From NCBI GenBank assembly GCA_041946735.1, contig JBHGAY010000031.1, positions 1-59,264 on the forward strand: DNA of 59,264 nucleotides, given 5' to 3'. The notes under the pieces are model-generated. The model was not told where the DNA came from. It searched no databases and saw nothing but the letters and a program-made list of their open reading frames with translations. This stretch comes from Candidatus Eiseniibacteriota bacterium (GTDB lineage Bacteria; Eisenbacteria; RBG-16-71-46; CAIMUX01; VGJL01). Below are positions 56,069 through 59,264 of this stretch, piece by piece. The stretch's first letter is position 1, and the number at the start of each line of letters is the position of its first letter. A program made the position numbers and the translations under genes.

Positions 56069-57766
56069 CTAAGGAGCGGGAAGACCGTCGGCGCGAAGGG
56101 CATCGCGCAGGCCGGCCAGCGCATCCGGGTCGCTCGGCTGCCCTCTGCGCAGGACGACGATCCCTTTCCGGCACGCGAGAACGCCGTAGCCCTCCTCGCG
56201 CACCATCCGCTGGAGCTCGCGCGCCATCTCCTCCGCCGACTGGATGTGACGCCTGTCGGTGAGGTCCAGGATCGCCCACTCCGCCTGCGGATTCGGGCGC
56301 TGGGTGTGGAAGACGTGGAGCGAGCGCCTCTCGGAGAAGTGAGGGGCGAGATCGTTGGAGGCGAGCAGGTCCGCGCCGGCGGGGATCGCGCTCGCCAGCG
56401 CGGCAAACGCTTCCCGGTTCGGGCGCGGGCGGATCCCGTCGACGATCGTGTAGGGGCGCGGAACGTCCTTCCATGCGGCCGGATCGGCAACGTTCGCCGT
56501 GAGGACGCCGAAGAGCAGCGCCGCCGCCGCCCATCCGCGCGACGAGGCGCCGCGCGCCGCGATCTTCTGCGACCCGGCGATTCCCGCCCAGAGAAAGAAC
56601 GGAAGGATCGGGGCGTTGTACTGGAAGTAGATCGAGTTCTGGCTGATCGCGCTCGAGGCGAGCGAAAGGCCGAGGTTCGGCAGAGCGGGCAGCAGGCGGC
56701 CGATCGCGAAGAGCGGCAGCCCCGCGTACGGCCAGAGGAGCTGCAGCGGGAAGACGGCGCGGCGCACGCGGTGATAGTGCGTGGCGAAGAGCGTCCAGGG
56801 ACGTGTGACCAGGGTGCGGAGGATTTCCCCCGGTTCGCCGCCGAGCCAGCCATAGCGAGCAAGAGTGTCGGACGAGGCGCCTCCGCGGAAGTGTGGAATC
56901 ACGACGTAGAGAGCGACGACCGCCCAGACGAGAGCGCCGGCCGCCCAGCCGAGCCCGAACGCCCGGCGACGGCGGGCGATCGCCACCCAGACGCCGAGCG
57001 CCGCCACGGCCAGCCCGACCTCCTCGCGGGTCGCGGCCGCGAGCAACAGGAACAGCGAAGCGCGCGCCAGACGGCCGCCCTCCAGCCCGTCGATCGCGAA
57101 GAGCAGAAACGGCACGGCGAGTACCAGGTCGTGGAAGTCGTACTTGTTCATGAAGCCGACGGCCGGAGTCAGCAGATAGACCGCCCCCCAGAGGAGCGCT
57201 TCGATGCGCCGGATCCCGCGGCGCCGTGCGATCCGGTAGACCGGCCACGCCGCGAGCGCAAGCGCGAGGCTCTGCCCGAAGAGAAGCATCCGCACGTCGT
57301 CGTGGATCCAGAGCAGCGGGGCGAAGAGCGGCAGCGTGAGCGCGACGTGGTCGCCGAGGTAGTTCGAGACCTCGATCGAGCTCTCGTAGCCGCGCCCGTG
57401 CGCCAAGTTCCAGACGACCTGGTGCTGGATCGCGAGATCGAACCCGCTGGAGTTCAGGCCCTCGTGGCGGAGGATCGAGAAGGCGGTCCAGAACGCCGTG
57501 TACGCGAGGATCGCGGCGGCCAGGAGGATCGCGGCGCGCCGCGGGGAAAGCCAGCGCTCGAGGTCGCCGAGGCGCCGATCGATGGCGGCGCCCATCGCGG
57601 CGCCAATCGCCGCGGCCCCGACGGCCGCCGCGCCGGCTGCGACGGCGAGCGAGCCGGAGAGCACCGCCAGCACCCGGCACAAGTCGGCGCCGCGCGCGAA
57701 GGGGATCGCGAGGGCGGCGAGGAAGGCGCCGGCCAGCAGAAGCGCGGGGAGAGTCCGGCGGCCCAT
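56069..57766 (-). CDS. DUF2079-like polytopic membrane protein
   Basis: SSGFDLAI..Q..WN, YLGDH, LFGQS, YDFH, REE, YFQY. Confidence 0.8.
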   Translation of the reverse strand: MGRRTLPALLLAGAFLAALAIPFARGADLCRVLAVLSGSLAVAAGAAAVGAAAIGAAMGAAIDRRLGDLERWLSPRRAAILLAAAILAYTAFWTAFSILRHEGLNSSGFDLAIQHQVVWNLAHGRGYESSIEVSNYLGDHVALTLPLFAPLLWIHDDVRMLLFGQSLALALAAWPVYRIARRRGIRRIEALLWGAVYLLTPAVGFMNKYDFHDLVLAVPFLLFAIDGLEGGRLARASLFLLLAAATREEVGLAVAALGVWVAIARRRRAFGLGWAAGALVWAVVALYVVIPHFRGGASSDTLARYGWLGGEPGEILRTLVTRPWTLFATHYHRVRRAVFPLQLLWPYAGLPLFAIGRLLPALPNLGLSLASSAISQNSIYFQYNAPILPFFLWAGIAGSQKIAARGASSRGWAAAALLFGVLTANVADPAAWKDVPRPYTIVDGIRPRPNREAFAALASAIPAGADLLASNDLAPHFSERRSLHVFHTQRPNPQAEWAILDLTDRRHIQSAEEMARELQRMVREEGYGVLACRKGIVVLRRGQPSDPDALAGLRDALRADGLPAP

Positions 57767-57803
57767 CGTCCCTATCGCCTCCCCCGCACGCGCGCGACCG
57801 GAG

Positions 57804-58529
57804 CTACCGGAGAATGCGCCAGAGGCGGAACAGCTCGCGGAACGCGCGAAGGATCACCGAAAGCTTCGCCCCCGTCTGCGCTCCCGCCGTCCGCGGATAG
57901 TGATGCACCCCGACTTCGGAGATCCGCGCACCCGCCTTCCGCGCCCGCGCGAGGATCTCGACGTCGATCATCGCGCCGCGGCTGACGAGCTCCATCCCCT
58001 CGAAGATCGACGCGCGGTAGAGCTTGAAGGCGCAGTCGACGTCGCGGCATCGAAGTCCGAAGAGAACGCGGACGGCCAGGTTGAACAAAAGCGCGTTCAC
58101 CCGCCGATGGAGCGGATCGCTTCGATCGATCCGGTAGCCGGTGACGATCTCCGCCTGATGGCGCAACGGCAGCAGCCGGGCGATCTCTTCGAGATCGAAC
58201 TGATTGTCTCCGTCCGTATAGAAGATCCACTCGCAGCGGCTCGCCCGGATGCCGCTCTGCAGCGCGGCTCCATAGCCGAGGTTCCGTGGATGGTGGACCG
58301 CCCGCACCCGCGGATCCTGCGCGGCGATCCGCTCCGCGATCTCCCCCGTCGCGTCGCGCGAGCCGTCGTCGACCAGGATCACCTCGAAGCGGCCGGCATG
58401 GCGAGGAAGGACATCGAACGCGCGGCGCACCGCCTCCTCGATGTTCCCCTCCTCGTTGTACATCGGATAGAAGAGGGAGAGGCTCTCGAGCCGGTCGGCG
58501 GCCGCCACCGGCTCCGCTTCGGACGTCAT
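57804..58529 (-). CDS. Glycosyltransferase family 2 (polyprenol-phosphate glycosyltransferase-like)
   Basis: PMYNEE, VDDGSRDAT, NLGYGAAL..G, YTDGDNQF, DVDCAFKL. Confidence 0.92.
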   Translation of the reverse strand: MTSEAEPVAAADRLESLSLFYPMYNEEGNIEEAVRRAFDVLPRHAGRFEVILVDDGSRDATGEIAERIAAQDPRVRAVHHPRNLGYGAALQSGIRASRCEWIFYTDGDNQFDLEEIARLLPLRHQAEIVTGYRIDRSDPLHRRVNALLFNLAVRVLFGLRCRDVDCAFKLYRASIFEGMELVSRGAMIDVEILARARKAGARISEVGVHHYPRTAGAQTGAKLSVILRAFRELFRLWRILR

Positions 58530-58978
58530 GGAGTGATGGGGGGCTTACCCCCGCCGCTCGATCCTCCGGAAGAAGAGCCGGGGGAGGCCTCGTCGACGAG
58601 CGTCGCGAGGACGAATCCCGCGGCGGCAAGCGAAGCGCCGTAGAGGGCGGTCTTGACCGGGTCCTTCCGCACCAGCTCGAGGCGGGCGACGCGCGCGAGC
58701 GCGATCTTCTGCTGGCGGAAGACGTCCTCGTACCACACCTCTTCCTTCGAGGGCTCGCTCCGCTCGACCGTCACCTTGTAGAACCCGACCAGCGTGTCGG
58801 GAAGCACCTCGGCCCGCTCGAAGCGATACTCGAAGCCGTCGAGGGTCGCGACCCGCACGTTCTGGTACGAGCGGTCGGGAAGGATCTCGGATCGGGGCAC
58901 GCCCTGGTAGGAGGAGCATCCTGCGAGGAGGGCGGCGGCGGCGATCGCGAGCGGGAAGAAGCGTCTCCTTGCGTTCAC
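58526..58978 (-). CDS. Hypothetical lipoprotein
   Basis: RRR + hydrophobic stretch + lipobox LAGC; C-terminal hydrophobic helix; stop overlaps GT2 start. Confidence 0.75.
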   Translation of the reverse strand: MNARRRFFPLAIAAAALLAGCSSYQGVPRSEILPDRSYQNVRVATLDGFEYRFERAEVLPDTLVGFYKVTVERSEPSKEEVWYEDVFRQQKIALARVARLELVRKDPVKTALYGASLAAAGFVLATLVDEASPGSSSGGSSGGGKPPITP

Positions 58979-58984
58979 GATCGG

Positions 58985-59014
58985 ATCATAGGCCGGCCCC
59001 GGAACCCCCGTCAA
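58985..59014 (-). promoter_or_regulatory. sigma70-type promoter, probable leaderless transcript
   Basis: TTGACG-N18-TATGAT, 6 nt before GTG 58978. Confidence 0.6.
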
Positions 59015-59264
59015 TCGCCCGCAGACAGCTGCCGCTGGATCCAGTCCAGCGCCTCCATGGGAGTCATCCGGTCCGGGTCGAGCGCCCGCAGCGCCTCGAG
59101 AAGGCGCTCCCCCTCGCTCATGGCGAAGAGCGGAAGCTGGGGCTGCGCCGCGGCCGCCGTTTCCCGCGCGGGCGAGCGGCCGCGCCCTGGCGTGTGCCGC
59201 TCCTCCTCGCCTCGCCGCTCCTCCTCCCCTCGCCGCTCTTGCTCGCCTCGCCGCTCCTCCTCCC
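59011..59264 (-). CDS. mutS: DNA mismatch repair protein MutS, C-terminal fragment (5'-partial)
   Basis: Hand translation ...QPQLPLFAMSEGERLLEALRALDPDRMTPMEALDWIQRQLSAGD*: clamp-binding QLxLF plus MutS tail DPDxxTPxEAL. Confidence 0.8.
   Translation of the reverse strand, partial: EEERRGEQERRGEEERRGEEERHTPGRGRSPARETAAAAQPQLPLFAMSEGERLLEALRALDPDRMTPMEALDWIQRQLSAGD
59197..59264. repeat. 18-nt tandem repeat (about 4 copies, runs off the window) encoding GE(E/Q)ERR
   Basis: ccgctcctcctcgcctcg ccgctcctcctcccctcg ccgctcttgctcgcctcg ccgctcctcctccc. Confidence 0.85.

Overview
Very GC-rich (about 70% by eye) bacterial chromosome segment. It is probably from a diderm FCB-related lineage such as Ca. 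Eisenbacteria/Latescibacterota, inferred from the LPS heptose genes, TolC, an Omp85 barrel, a T9SS-like C-terminal domain, an SWGxxKxxY-tailed secreted protein and bacillithiol genes. The window is mostly core genome on the minus strand. It holds a TolC/adaptor/ABC efflux operon, exbBDD, asnS, gmhB-waaF, an Omp85-metallopeptidase fusion and a degenerate GAF-GGDEF gene. It also holds the run tRNA-Val, infC-rpmI-rplT, zapB-zapA, 6S RNA, rny, ymdB, folD, xseAB, ispA, nadK, recN, trpEGDCFB (no trpA). Further genes are aroF, purM, a PfkB kinase, rsfS, a polyprenyl synthase, an M23 peptidase, a histidine kinase, pgeF, methyltransferase-bshC-bshA, DUF2079/GT2, a lipoprotein and the mutS 3' end. A small accessory-looking patch around tRNA-Arg(CCG) carries two secreted proteins with different C-terminal sorting-like tails and a STAS protein. 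No mobile element or CRISPR array was seen. The best leads are (1) the SWGxxKxxYR tail as a candidate uncharacterised export/sorting signal, (2) an L20-leader-like RNA plus an AUC start on infC, (3) a probable N-methyl-bacillithiol cluster, (4) the peptidase-propeller-Omp85 fusion, and (5) a TPR/Zn-finger plus DUF4388-pilin-like gene pair. All family calls come from motif recognition by eye; no searches were run.
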